From: an uncultured Candidatus Rokubacteria bacterium
GTDB lineage: Bacteria > Methylomirabilota > Methylomirabilia > Rokubacteriales > DASRDR01
Assembly (NCBI GenBank): GCA_963826115.1
Contig: CAWGVS010000005.1
Coordinates: 1,472,001 to 1,536,000 of the forward strand
DNA: 64,000 nt
Direction: 5' to 3'
The notes under the pieces were generated by a model. The model was not told where the DNA came from, searched no databases, and worked only from the letters and a program-made list of their open reading frames with translations. The translations under genes and the position numbers were made by a program. Shown one piece after another: positions 9,964 through 19,209 of the stretch. Within the stretch, counting starts at the first letter, position 1. Each line of letters begins with the position of its first letter.

Positions 9964-10812
9964 GTGAACGTCCTCTCGATCCAGTCGAGCGTGGTCTACG
10001 GCCGCGTCGGCAACCGCGCCGCGGTGCCCGTGCTGGAGCGCCTCGGCCACGACGTCTGGCCCGTGGACACCGTCGCCTTCTCGAACCACCCGGCGCACGG
10101 CGCGTTCCGCGGGCGGATCGTCCCGGCCGCCGAGGTGGCCGAGCTCGTCGATGGCCTCGCGGCGCGCGGCGTGCTCGGACGCTGCGACGCGGTGCTCTCG
10201 GGCTACCTCGGCGAGGCGGCCACCGCCGCGGTGGTCGCGGACGCGGTCGCGCGCGTGCGGGCGGCGAACCCCGGCGCGCTCTACTGCTGCGACCCCGTGA
10301 TCGGCGAGGTGGGGCGCGGCGTCTACGTGCGCGCCGGCATCCCCGAGGCGTTGCGCGACCGGCTCGTCCCACTGGCGGACGTCCTCACCCCGAACCCGTT
10401 CGAGCTGGAGCTCCTCACGGGCGTGTCGCCGACGACGATCGAGTCCGCGCGGGCCGCCGCGCGCGCCCTCGTCGAGCGAGGGCCCGGCCTCGTCGTCGCC
10501 ACCGGCCTCCGCCTGAGCGGCGCGCCCGGCGAGCTGGCGGTGCTGGCGGCGACGCGCATCGCGGCGTGGGTCGTTCGCCACCCGAAGCGCCAGGTCCGCG
10601 TCTGGGGCACGGGCGACGCCTTCGCCGCCCTGTTCCTCGGCGCCTATCTCGGGCCGCGCGATCCGCGCGCCGCGCTGGAGCACGCGGTCGCGGCGATGGA
10701 CGAGCTCCTCGCCATCGCCGAGGCGCGGGACGCCGACGAGCTCCCCCTGGTCCTCGCCCAGGACGCCCTCGTCCACCCGCGGTCTCGCGTCACCGCGGAA
10801 CCTCTCGACTGA
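9964..10812 (+). CDS. pdxY: Pyridoxal kinase
   Basis: VLSIQSSVVYGRVGN, SGYLG, CDPVIG, TPNPFE and GTGD motifs. Confidence 0.92.
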   Translation: MNVLSIQSSVVYGRVGNRAAVPVLERLGHDVWPVDTVAFSNHPAHGAFRGRIVPAAEVAELVDGLAARGVLGRCDAVLSGYLGEAATAAVVADAVARVRAANPGALYCCDPVIGEVGRGVYVRAGIPEALRDRLVPLADVLTPNPFELELLTGVSPTTIESARAAARALVERGPGLVVATGLRLSGAPGELAVLAATRIAAWVVRHPKRQVRVWGTGDAFAALFLGAYLGPRDPRAALEHAVAAMDELLAIAEARDADELPLVLAQDALVHPRSRVTAEPLD

Positions 10813-10829
10813 CAAACAGGGAGACTCTG

Positions 10830-11811
10830 ATGAGCCCACAGGCTGAAGGCCGTCCAATCACGACCACAGGCTGAAGGCCGTCCAATCCCACAGGCTGAAG
10901 GCCGTCCAATCAAGGCAGCAATCGGATTCGTCGGGCTCGGCCGGATGGGGTTCCCCATGGCGCGGAACCTCGCCCAGGCCGGCTACGAGGTCCACGTCCA
11001 CGACGTCGCCGCGGAGGCGATGCGGCGGGCCGCCGGCGTGGCTGGCCTCGTCACCCACGCCTCGCCCCGCGAGGCGGCGGCCGCGGCGACCGTCCTCTTC
11101 ACCGCCCTCCCGAACGACGCCATCGTGCGGGAGACGTACCTCGGAGCGGCGGGGATCCTCGCCGGCGGGCGCGCGGGCCTCGTGACGTGCGACTGCTCGA
11201 CGGTGAGCCCGGGCGTCACGCTCGATGTCCACCGGGCGGCGGCGGCGCGCGGCATTCACCACCTCGACACGCCGATGCTCGGCTCGAGCCCCCAGGCCGA
11301 GTCGGGGGAGATCTTCTTCATGGTCGGCGGCGACGCGGCTCACGTGCCGGCGATCCGGCCGCTTCTCGACGTGATGGGCCGGCTCACGATGCACGTGGGA
11401 CCGCCGGGCACCGGGAACCGGATCAAGCTCCTCCACAACGCGCTCGGCGCGGTGAACTCGGTCGCGGTGGCCGAGTCGCTCGCGCTCTGCGACGCCGTCG
11501 GCGTCGACCCCGGAACCTACTACGACGTGGTGAAGAACGGCGGTGGGATGGCGTTCTCGACCTACTTCGACCGCCGCGTCCCGCGCGTCGTCGCCGGGAA
11601 CTACGACCCGACGTTCACGCTCGACCTGATGGCGAAGGACGTCTCGCTCGCCGCCGACATGGCCGGGGAGCTCCTCCAGAAGCTGCCGATCCTCCGGGAG
11701 ACGCTGGCCTCCTACCGGGAGGGCCAGCGCCGCGGCTCGGGCGGCGAGGACTTCTCGGCGGTCACCCACGTCCTCGAGGACCGGCTGGGCCGCCGCCTGT
11801 TCGCGCGGTAG
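10830..11811 (+). CDS. NAD(P)-dependent oxidoreductase, 3-hydroxyisobutyrate/6-phosphogluconate dehydrogenase family (5' end frameshifted by repeat array)
   Basis: KAAIGFVGLGRMG, DCSTVSP, LDTPMLG and IKLLHN motifs. The SD-preceded ATG at 10830 is out of frame with the catalytic ORF. Confidence 0.85.
10836..10911 (+). repeat. Three direct copies of 24-bp CCACAGGCTGAAGGCCGTCCAATC (encodes PQAEGRPI)
   Basis: Identical copies start at 10836, 10864 and 10888, with a 4-nt ACGA spacer between copies 1 and 2. Confidence 0.95.
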
Positions 11812-13126
11812 CGGGCGGCTCCGGCCGCGCGCCCATCCGCTCGAGGCGCGCCAGGCGGCGTCGAAGCGTGGGGTGCATGCCCATCAGGAGGCCCTCGCGC
11901 TCGGTGAACGACCCGCGGAGCGCGCGGTCCTCGGTCGGCGCGACGACGAAGAGGTGGGCGACCGACTCGCCGCCCGGGATCACCGTCCCCGCCTCGCCGA
12001 GGCGCCGGAGCCCCCGGTAGAGGGCGGTCGGGTTCCGCGTCAGCTGGACGGCCGTCGCGTCGGCGAGATAGCGGCGGCTCCGCCAGAGGAGGCCGACCGG
12101 GAGGCTCGCGAACAGGAGAAAGAAGCCCGTCGCGGCCGTCGCGAAGGCGAGGAGCGCCATCAGTGGCGGGACGACACGAACCAGGATCGCGCCCACGGGG
12201 CCGAAGTACTCGCGGCCGAGCCCGCCCACCGGGTCGTCCCCGGCGCCTCCGGCGCCGAAGCGCTTCCGGTGCTCCATGAGGAGCGCCATCAAGGCCCGTG
12301 CCCTCTCGGCCCGCGCCTCCGGTGACCCGAGGGCGCCCGTGATCGGGAACAGGAGCCACTGCCGGGCCACGCGGCGCGGGAACCGCGCGAACGGCGCCAG
12401 CACGATGACGATCAGGAGCTCCAGCACGTAGAGGAGCGAGTGGATCTGGGCCGCGCCGCGGAGGTCTCCGTTGCCGATCGAGCCGATCAGGTGGGCGAGA
12501 ATCCCCTCGGTCTCCTCGCGGTCGAACTCGTCGAGGAGCCGACGGCCGACGACGACGTAGCTCTCCCGCGCGTCCAGGCCCACCGCCGCGGCGTTCGCGA
12601 CCCGGGCGTCGATCAGGCGCACGGTGGGCGGCGGAATGCCGGCGGCGATCGCCATCTCCTGGACGACGTTCCCGAGCTGGTGCTCCTCGAGGTCGCCGGG
12701 CTTGGGCGGGCGCGCGCCGATCGCGAGGAGCGTGTGGCCGACCCCGGCTGCGAGCCAGACCGACCGGACCGCCAGCCAGCAGCAGAGCGGCACGAGGAAA
12801 CCGATCGCCCAGACCGCGGAGCCGTCGCCCGGAAGGAGGCTCGGGAGCCGCCCCACGATCCCGAGGGGGACCAGGCCCACGTCCCAGATCCGGCCGGCCA
12901 GACCGGAGGTCGCCGGGCTCAGGAGGCAGAGCGCGCCGACACCGAGGGACAGGACGGCGGGGATGAACACCATCGCGAAGAGGACCAGGAACACGTTGAC
13001 CGCGAAGCCGATCGCCGACACGAAGCCGCAGCCGGCCACGACCAGCGCGTACGCGAGGGTGAGTCGCCACGTCGCTCGGCGGTTCCGCGCCTGGAACTCG
13101 AAGAACGTCGTGCGCGTCGCGGCCAT
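11762..13126 (-). CDS. HtpX/M48-like membrane protein with degenerate Zn motif
   Basis: FFEFQARNRR, NVVQEMAIAAGIPPP, NAAAVG, LADATAVQLTRNP and MHPTL; HEXXH is replaced by HLIGS. Confidence 0.85.
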   Translation of the reverse strand: MAATRTTFFEFQARNRRATWRLTLAYALVVAGCGFVSAIGFAVNVFLVLFAMVFIPAVLSLGVGALCLLSPATSGLAGRIWDVGLVPLGIVGRLPSLLPGDGSAVWAIGFLVPLCCWLAVRSVWLAAGVGHTLLAIGARPPKPGDLEEHQLGNVVQEMAIAAGIPPPTVRLIDARVANAAAVGLDARESYVVVGRRLLDEFDREETEGILAHLIGSIGNGDLRGAAQIHSLLYVLELLIVIVLAPFARFPRRVARQWLLFPITGALGSPEARAERARALMALLMEHRKRFGAGGAGDDPVGGLGREYFGPVGAILVRVVPPLMALLAFATAATGFFLLFASLPVGLLWRSRRYLADATAVQLTRNPTALYRGLRRLGEAGTVIPGGESVAHLFVVAPTEDRALRGSFTEREGLLMGMHPTLRRRLARLERMGARPEPPATARTGGGPAGPRGRG

Positions 13127-13163
13127 GCCCGGGCGATGATACCCTCGTTCGAACACCGGAGCG

Positions 13164-13176
13164 GGGGTCAGACCCC
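13164..13176. repeat. GGGGTCAGACCCC palindromic REP-like unit
   Basis: Perfect 6-bp stem in the divergent intergenic region; shares GGGGTCAG with the 41834-41917 palindrome. Confidence 0.5.
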
Positions 13177-13221
13177 GAACTTCGACGATCGCGAGAAAAC
13201 CACAATGCCAGGCCTGACCTC

Positions 13222-14899
13222 ATGACGGTGACCTTGCTGGAGCGGATGCGGGCGGAGTTCCCGGACTCGTCGGGGCGGCGCCTGAAGGCGTGGCTGGTGG
13301 CCGGGCGGGTACGGGTCGGCGGCGAGATCGTGCGCGACCCGCGGACGCCGGTGGCCCCGGACGACAGTGTCACGCTCGGCCCGGCGCCGCCTCCCGCTCT
13401 CGCCGAGGCGCTTCGCCTGGTCCACGAGGACGACGCGCTCCTCGTGATCGAGAAGCCTCCCGGCCTCCTCACGATCGGGACCGAGCACGAGCGCGAGCGC
13501 ACCGCCTACCGCATGGTGTGGGCGTATCTGAAGGGCGCGCGGCCACCTCGCCGGCCGTTCATCGTCCACCGGCTCGACCGCGAGACCTCGGGCCTCCTGG
13601 TCGTCGCGAAGACGCCCGAGGCGCAAGCTCGTCTCCAGGGCCAGTTCGCGGCGGGGAACGCCGACCGCCGCTACGTCGCGATCGTCGAGGGGGTCGTGAA
13701 GACGGACGAGGGCATGCTCCGCGACGTGCTGATCGAGGAGCGCTCCCTTCGCGTCCGCCCCGCCGACCCCACCCGGCCGCCGCCCAAGGGCCGGCGCGCG
13801 CGCATCGCCATCACGTGGTACCGCGTCCTCGAGCGACGCGCCGACGTGACGCGCCTCGCGATCAAGCTCGGCACGGGCCGGCGCCACCAGATCCGCGTCC
13901 AGCTGGCGAAGCTCGGCCACCCGGTCGTCGGCGACGTGCGCCACGGGGCGCGACGGGACCCGATCCGCCGCCTCTGCCTCCACGCGACGCGCCTCGGCTT
14001 CCATCACCCGGAGACGGGGGCGCCGGTCCAGCACGAGAGCCCGCCGCCGCCCGAGTTCGCGAGCATCGGGCGGCCGATGGAGCGCCGGCCGGGACCGCCG
14101 GTCACGCCGCCGGAGCGACGGTCCCCCGAGACGATCCGTGAGGCGACTCGCGAGCCCGGGCGCCAGGGGCGGCCACCGTCGCCGGCCCGCACCTGGGGGG
14201 AGGGGCGATCGCCATCACCTGGCCGGCGGTCGAATCGTCCCTCGGATCGTCCGCCGGACCGACGAACGCCCGAGACGATCCGTGAGGCGACTCGCGAGCC
14301 CGGGCGCCAGGGGCGGCCACCGTCGCCGGCCCGCACCTGGGGGGAGGGGCGATCGCCGTCACCCGGCCGGCGGTCGAGTCCTCCCTCGGATCGTCCGCCG
14401 GACCGACGAACGCCCGAGACGATCCGTGAGGCGAGTCGCGAGCCCGGGCGCCAGGGGCGGCCACCGTCGCCGGCCCGCACCTGGGGGGAGGGGCGATCGC
14501 CATCACCCGGCCGGCGGTCGAATCGTCCCTCGGATCGTCCGCCGGACCGACGAACCCCCGAGACGATTCGTGAGGCGAGTCGCGAGCCCGGGCGCCAGGG
14601 GCGGCCACCGTCGCCGGCCCGCACCTGGGGGGAGGGGCGATCGCCATCACCCGGCCGGCGGTCGAATCGTCCCTCGGATCGTCCGCCGGACCGACGAACC
14701 CCCGAGACGATTCGTGAGGCGACTCGCGAGCCCGGCCGCCCAGGGCAGCCGCCGTCGCGCGGCCCGCACCTGGAGGGAGGGGCGATCGCCATCGTCGGGC
14801 TGGCCCTCGAATCGTCCTTCGGACTCTCCCCCGGATCGTCCGCCGGGCCGACGCCCGCCCCGGCCATCCGGCCGCCCGCCGCGCCGCCCCCCGCGTTGA
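13222..14899 (+). CDS. RluA-family pseudouridine synthase with repetitive Arg/Pro-rich C-terminal tail (1-nt frameshift near 14759)
   Basis: S4-like N-terminus, KPPGL, HRLDRETSG, GRRHQIR and LHA. The repeat reading frame resumes after an extra G at about 14759 and stops at 14899. Confidence 0.85.
14125..14850 (+). repeat. Tandem 144-bp coding repeat (4 near-identical copies plus 1 diverged copy)
   Basis: Units start at 14125, 14269, 14413, 14557 and 14701; 48-aa unit PETIREATREPGRQGRPPSPARTWGEGRSPSPGRRSNRPSDRPPDRRT. Confidence 0.97.
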
Positions 14900-14924
14900 C
14901 CGGCCGGCCTCGCTCCGATACCCT
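14896..14924 (+). promoter_or_regulatory. Putative sigma70 promoter for the aminotransferase-pip genes
   Basis: TTGACC-N17-TACCCT upstream of AGGAGG and ATG 14988. Confidence 0.5.
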
Positions 14925-14987
14925 CGCTGAGCGAGGCGGCGCGCGGTGCGTCGCCATGACTCCACGGCTCCGCAGGAGGACCCGGCA

Positions 14988-15917
14988 ATGGCCCACGCAG
15001 GCGGCGAGCGAGTCGCGTACTTCAACGGCAAGATCGTCTCGGAGGGCGACGTCCGTGTCCCGTTCCGGGACCGCGGATTCAAGTACGGCGACGCCGTGTT
15101 CGACACCACGCGGACCTTCGGCCACCGCATCTTCCGCCTGCAGGAGCACCTCGAGCGTTTGTACCGCTCGATGCGCTACCTCCGGATCGACCCGGGCCTC
15201 GGGCTCCCGGAGATGAAGCGCATCACCGAGGAGGTTCTCCACCGGAACCTCCCGCTCCTCGAGCCGGACGACGACTACTGGGTGACCCAGCGCGTGAGCC
15301 GCGGCCTCGACCCAGGGGACCGCGCCACCTTCGGGCAGTCCGGGCCGACCGTGATCGTCGAGTGCCTCCCGCTCCCGCTCCGCGAGCGCGCCACGCTCTA
15401 TCGCGACGGAATCCGGGTCGTCGTGCCCTCCGTCCGGCGCGCCGCGCCCGACACGCTCAGCGCCCGCACCAAGACGAACAACTACCTGAACGTCATCCTG
15501 GGCGACCTCGAGGCCAAGGCGCACGACCCCGGGGCGTGGGCGATCCTCCTCGACGTGAACGGGAACCTCGCCGAGGGCATCGGGAGCAACGTCTTCCTGG
15601 TCCGTGACGGCCAGATCTACACCCCGCGCGAGCAGTTCGTCCTCCCGGGGATCAGCCGCGAGACGGCAATCGCCCTGGCGCGGGAGCTCGGCTACACCGT
15701 CCACGAGCGGGACATCGACCTCTTCGACGCCTACAACGCCGACGAGGCGTTCCTCACGTCGACCAGTCTCTGCGTCTGCGGCGTCCAGAGCTTCAACGGC
15801 GTGAAGGTCGGGAACGGGCAGGTCCCGGGTCCGGTCACCCGGCGTGTCATCGAGGCGTACTGCCGGATGGTCGACTACGACTTCGTCGCGCAGTACCTGA
15901 AGCGGCTGGAGCGCTGA
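14988..15917 (+). CDS. Class IV (branched-chain amino acid/D-alanine type) aminotransferase
   Basis: DRGFKYGDAVFD, PLP lysine KTNNY, EGIGSNVF, LPGISR and DEAFLTST motifs. Confidence 0.92.
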   Translation: MAHAGGERVAYFNGKIVSEGDVRVPFRDRGFKYGDAVFDTTRTFGHRIFRLQEHLERLYRSMRYLRIDPGLGLPEMKRITEEVLHRNLPLLEPDDDYWVTQRVSRGLDPGDRATFGQSGPTVIVECLPLPLRERATLYRDGIRVVVPSVRRAAPDTLSARTKTNNYLNVILGDLEAKAHDPGAWAILLDVNGNLAEGIGSNVFLVRDGQIYTPREQFVLPGISRETAIALARELGYTVHERDIDLFDAYNADEAFLTSTSLCVCGVQSFNGVKVGNGQVPGPVTRRVIEAYCRMVDYDFVAQYLKRLER

Positions 15918-15926
15918 GCCCGGGCG

Positions 15927-16877
15927 ATGCGCGAGCTCTACCCGGAGATCGAGCCCTACCAGCAGGGCTACCTCAAGGTCTCGCCGCTCCACGAGATCTA
16001 CTACGAGCAGAGCGGTAACCCCGACGGCCAGCCCGTCGTGTTCGTGCACGGCGGACCGGGGGGCGGGACCGAGCCGTTCCAGCGTCGGTTCTTCGACCCG
16101 GCGGCGTACCGGATCGTGCTCTTCGACCAGCGCGGGTCCGGGAAGAGCCGGCCCCGCGCGTCCCTCGAGGACAACACGACCTGGCACCTGGTCGAGGACA
16201 TGGAGCGCCTCCGCGGCGAGCTCGGCATCGACCGCTGGACCGTCTTCGGCGGTTCGTGGGGAAGCACGCTCGGGCTCGCGTACACGGAGACCCACCCGGA
16301 GCGCGTCCGTGGCCTGATCGTCCGCGGGATCTTCCTCGTCCGGCCCAAGGAGATCGCGTGGTTCTACCAGGAGGGCGCGAGCTTCATCTTCCCCGACGCC
16401 TGGGAAGCGTACCTCGAGCCCATCCCGCCAGCGGAGCGCGGCGACATGGTCCAGGCGTACTACCGCCGGCTGACGAGCGCCGACCCGGCGGTGCGCATCC
16501 GGGCGGCGCGGGCCTGGAGCGTGTGGGAGGGGTCCACCAGCAAGCTCCGCCCGGACCCGAAGCTCGTCGCCCGCTTCGAGAACGACGAGTTCGCCGAGGC
16601 CTTCGCGCGGATCGAGTGTCACTACTTCGCGCACGGCTCCTTCCTGCGCCACCCCGACCAGCTGCTGGACGACGTCGCGCGCATCCGGCACATCCCGGGC
16701 GCGATCGTCCAGGGCCGCTATGACGTCGTCTGCCCCGCCATCTCGGCGTGGGACCTCCACCGCCGCTGGCCGGAGGCTGAGTTCCACTTCGTCCCCGACG
16801 CCGGCCACTCGGCCATGGAGCCGGGGATCGTCGACCGCCTGGTGGAGGCCACCGACCGCTTCCGCGACCTCAGCTGA
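15927..16877 (+). CDS. pip: Proline iminopeptidase
   Basis: LYPEIEPY, HGGPG, GGSWGS, GRYD and AGHS motifs. Confidence 0.96.
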   Translation: MRELYPEIEPYQQGYLKVSPLHEIYYEQSGNPDGQPVVFVHGGPGGGTEPFQRRFFDPAAYRIVLFDQRGSGKSRPRASLEDNTTWHLVEDMERLRGELGIDRWTVFGGSWGSTLGLAYTETHPERVRGLIVRGIFLVRPKEIAWFYQEGASFIFPDAWEAYLEPIPPAERGDMVQAYYRRLTSADPAVRIRAARAWSVWEGSTSKLRPDPKLVARFENDEFAEAFARIECHYFAHGSFLRHPDQLLDDVARIRHIPGAIVQGRYDVVCPAISAWDLHRRWPEAEFHFVPDAGHSAMEPGIVDRLVEATDRFRDLS

Positions 16878-16923
16878 CCCGGCCGGCGCGAGCGCGCCGC
16901 ACGGGCCCTCAGGGGGGGCGAGC

Positions 16924-19209
16924 ACGAGCAAGTCGCGGCGCCGCGGCACCTGGGTTAGGCGTGCGTTGGGCCGCTCCCTGGGCGTCGGCGCGCTCTCCGC
17001 CGCGGCCGGCCTCCTGTTCCTGGCCCTCCCCCTCGGCGCGACCCTGGAGGAGTCCGTCGGGCTGAGCCTCCTCTTCAAGCTCCGGGGCACCCGACCACCT
17101 CCGCCCGAGGTCCTGATCGTCGCGATCGACCGCCCGGCCGCCGAGGCGCTGGGCCTCCCGACGAACGTCAACCGGTGGCCGCGGGTCCAGCATGCCGAGC
17201 TCGTCGACGCCCTCCGCCGGGGCGGGGCCGCGGCGATCGTCTTCGACATCGTGTTCGACGAACCCGGGAGCGCCCTCGACGACCGCATCTTCGCGGACGC
17301 GGTGCGTCGGGCCGGCACGGTGGTCCTCGCCCAGCAGCTCATGCAGGAGAAGGTGTCGCCGCCGGGCCGGGACCTGCGGGGCCCGACCGACTCGTTCCAC
17401 GTCGAGCGTCTCGCCTCCCCCCTGCCCGCGCTGACCGAGGCCGCGGCGGGCCTCGCGCCCTTCCCGCTGCCCAAGGTGCCCGTGCAGGTGAGCCGCTACT
17501 GGACCTTCAAGGCGGGCGCGGGCAACGCCCCGAGTCTGCCCGTCGTGGCGTTCCACGTCTTTTCGGTCGAGGCTCACGGGCCGTTCGTGTCACTGCTCAA
17601 GGCGGCGGGCGCGCACCCTCCGGAGGAGCCGTCGCCGAGCGCCAGCACCCCCCCGCGGTCCGGCACGGAGCAGGTCGTCCGCGGGCTGCGCGAGGCGGTC
17701 GAGCAGGATCCCGCCGTCCGGAGCCGCCTGGCCGATGCACGGGCCCGCGCATCGAGCTCCGGCGCGGATCCGCGGGCACAGCGTCTGGTCGAGCGCCTGG
17801 CGCGGCTCTATGCGGGGCCGGACGCTCCGTATCTCGACTTCTACGGTCCCCCGCGCACGATCCTCACAGTCCCCTACGATCGAGCGCTCGCCCGGCTGGC
17901 CGGACAGGAAGGGGGGCTCGACGTCCGCGGCAAGGCCGTGTTCGTCGGGCTCTCGTCCTACTCCGGCGCCGAGCAGCGCGACGGCGTCAACACCGTCTTC
18001 TCGGAGGCGAACGGCCTCGATCTGAGCGGCGTCGAGGTCGCAGCGACCGCGTTCGCGAACATCGTCGAGGCGCGGGCCGTCGAGCCCCCATCGACCGGCG
18101 CCGAGGTTCTCCTCGCCATCGCGTGGGGCCTCGCGCTCGGGTTCCTCGCCTGGCGGCTGCCGGTGCTCGCCTCGGCGGTGCTCCTGCCGCTCGCCGGGTT
18201 CCTGTACCTCGGCATCGCGCGGAGCCGGTTCACGGTCACGGGCCTGTGGCTGCCACTGATCGGGCCGCTCGTCGTCCAGATCGGGACCGCCGTGGCCGCG
18301 GCCGCCCTCTGGAAGCACCGCGACACGCGGCGCGAGCGCGAGCACCTGTCGACCGCGCTCGCGCACTACCTACCGCCGAAGATCGCGGAGGAGCTCGCGC
18401 GCGAGATCGGCGACGTCCGCGCCACCGACCAGCTCGTCCACGGCACGTGCCTCTCGACGGACGCTCACCAGTACACCGCCCTCTCCGAAACCATGGAGCC
18501 GGCCGAGCTCAGCGCGTTCATGAACCGCTACTACGCGGTGCTGTTCGAGCCCGTGAAGCGGCATGGCGGCCTGGTCCAGGACGTGGTGGGCGACTCCATG
18601 CTCGCCGTCTGGGCGACCACCGATCCCGACCGGTCACTCCGAAGCCGCGCGTGCCTCGCCGCGCTCGACATCGTGACGGCCGTGGACCGCTTCAACGAGG
18701 CGTCGGGCCGGCTGGCCCTCCCGACCCGGATCGGGCTCCACTCCGGACGACTCCTCCTCGGCACCGTGGGTGCGATGGACCACTACGAGTACCGGGCGGT
18801 CGGCGACATCGTGAACACGGCCACGCGCCTCGAGGGGCTCAACAAGCACCTGGGTACCCGGCTGCTCGTGAGCGGTGACGTCCTGGAAGGCCTGGAAGGA
18901 CTGATAACTCGCGAGCTTGGGTCCTTCCTCCTCGCAGGCAAGTCGAAGCCGGTCGTGGTCCACGAGCTGGTCATGCGGACCGGAGAGTCCTCGCCGTCGG
19001 AGCGGGAGCGCTGTGTTATCTTTGCCGCGGCCCTCGACGCGTACCGGCGGGGGGCCTGGCCGGAGGCCATGGGGCTCTGGGGCGACGCGCTCCGCGCGTA
19101 CGGAGGCCAGGATGGGCCAAGCGGCTTCTACCTCCGGTTGTGCGAAAGCCACGCGGCGTCGCCGCCGCCGGCCGACTGGAACGGCGTCGTCCGGATGGAC
19201 CAGAAGTAG
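16924..19209 (+). CDS. CHASE2-domain class III nucleotidyl cyclase (start uncertain: ACG 16924 or TTG 16966)
   Basis: IVAID...WPRVQHA...IVFDIVF CHASE2 domain, SGVEVAA, 3 TM segments, cyclase motifs STD...VGD...IGLHSG...GDIVNTATRLEG, and C-terminal TPR-like WNGVVRMDQK. Confidence 0.9.
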   Translation, partial: TSKSRRRGTWVRRALGRSLGVGALSAAAGLLFLALPLGATLEESVGLSLLFKLRGTRPPPPEVLIVAIDRPAAEALGLPTNVNRWPRVQHAELVDALRRGGAAAIVFDIVFDEPGSALDDRIFADAVRRAGTVVLAQQLMQEKVSPPGRDLRGPTDSFHVERLASPLPALTEAAAGLAPFPLPKVPVQVSRYWTFKAGAGNAPSLPVVAFHVFSVEAHGPFVSLLKAAGAHPPEEPSPSASTPPRSGTEQVVRGLREAVEQDPAVRSRLADARARASSSGADPRAQRLVERLARLYAGPDAPYLDFYGPPRTILTVPYDRALARLAGQEGGLDVRGKAVFVGLSSYSGAEQRDGVNTVFSEANGLDLSGVEVAATAFANIVEARAVEPPSTGAEVLLAIAWGLALGFLAWRLPVLASAVLLPLAGFLYLGIARSRFTVTGLWLPLIGPLVVQIGTAVAAAALWKHRDTRREREHLSTALAHYLPPKIAEELAREIGDVRATDQLVHGTCLSTDAHQYTALSETMEPAELSAFMNRYYAVLFEPVKRHGGLVQDVVGDSMLAVWATTDPDRSLRSRACLAALDIVTAVDRFNEASGRLALPTRIGLHSGRLLLGTVGAMDHYEYRAVGDIVNTATRLEGLNKHLGTRLLVSGDVLEGLEGLITRELGSFLLAGKSKPVVVHELVMRTGESSPSERERCVIFAAALDAYRRGAWPEAMGLWGDALRAYGGQDGPSGFYLRLCESHAASPPPADWNGVVRMDQK

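Noticed and set aside
10836-10911. Possible mini-CRISPR (three 24-bp direct repeats)
   Set aside because: Spacers are 4 and 0 nt, and there are no cas genes in the window.
14125-14850. Possible CRISPR array
   Set aside because: Whole 144-bp units repeat with no unique spacers and lie in frame within a CDS.
14900-15216. Extension of the RluA ORF to 15216
   Set aside because: It results from the 1-nt insertion in repeat copy 5 and overlaps the promoter, SD and start of the aminotransferase.
14004-17474. 1156-aa minus-strand ORF, and similar long ORFs such as 19280..22669, 27851..30574, 48606..51107 and 53212..55566
   Set aside because: Antisense or alternate-frame shadows of well-supported genes. 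Stop codons are scarce at this GC content and the products are R/G/P/A-rich with no motifs.
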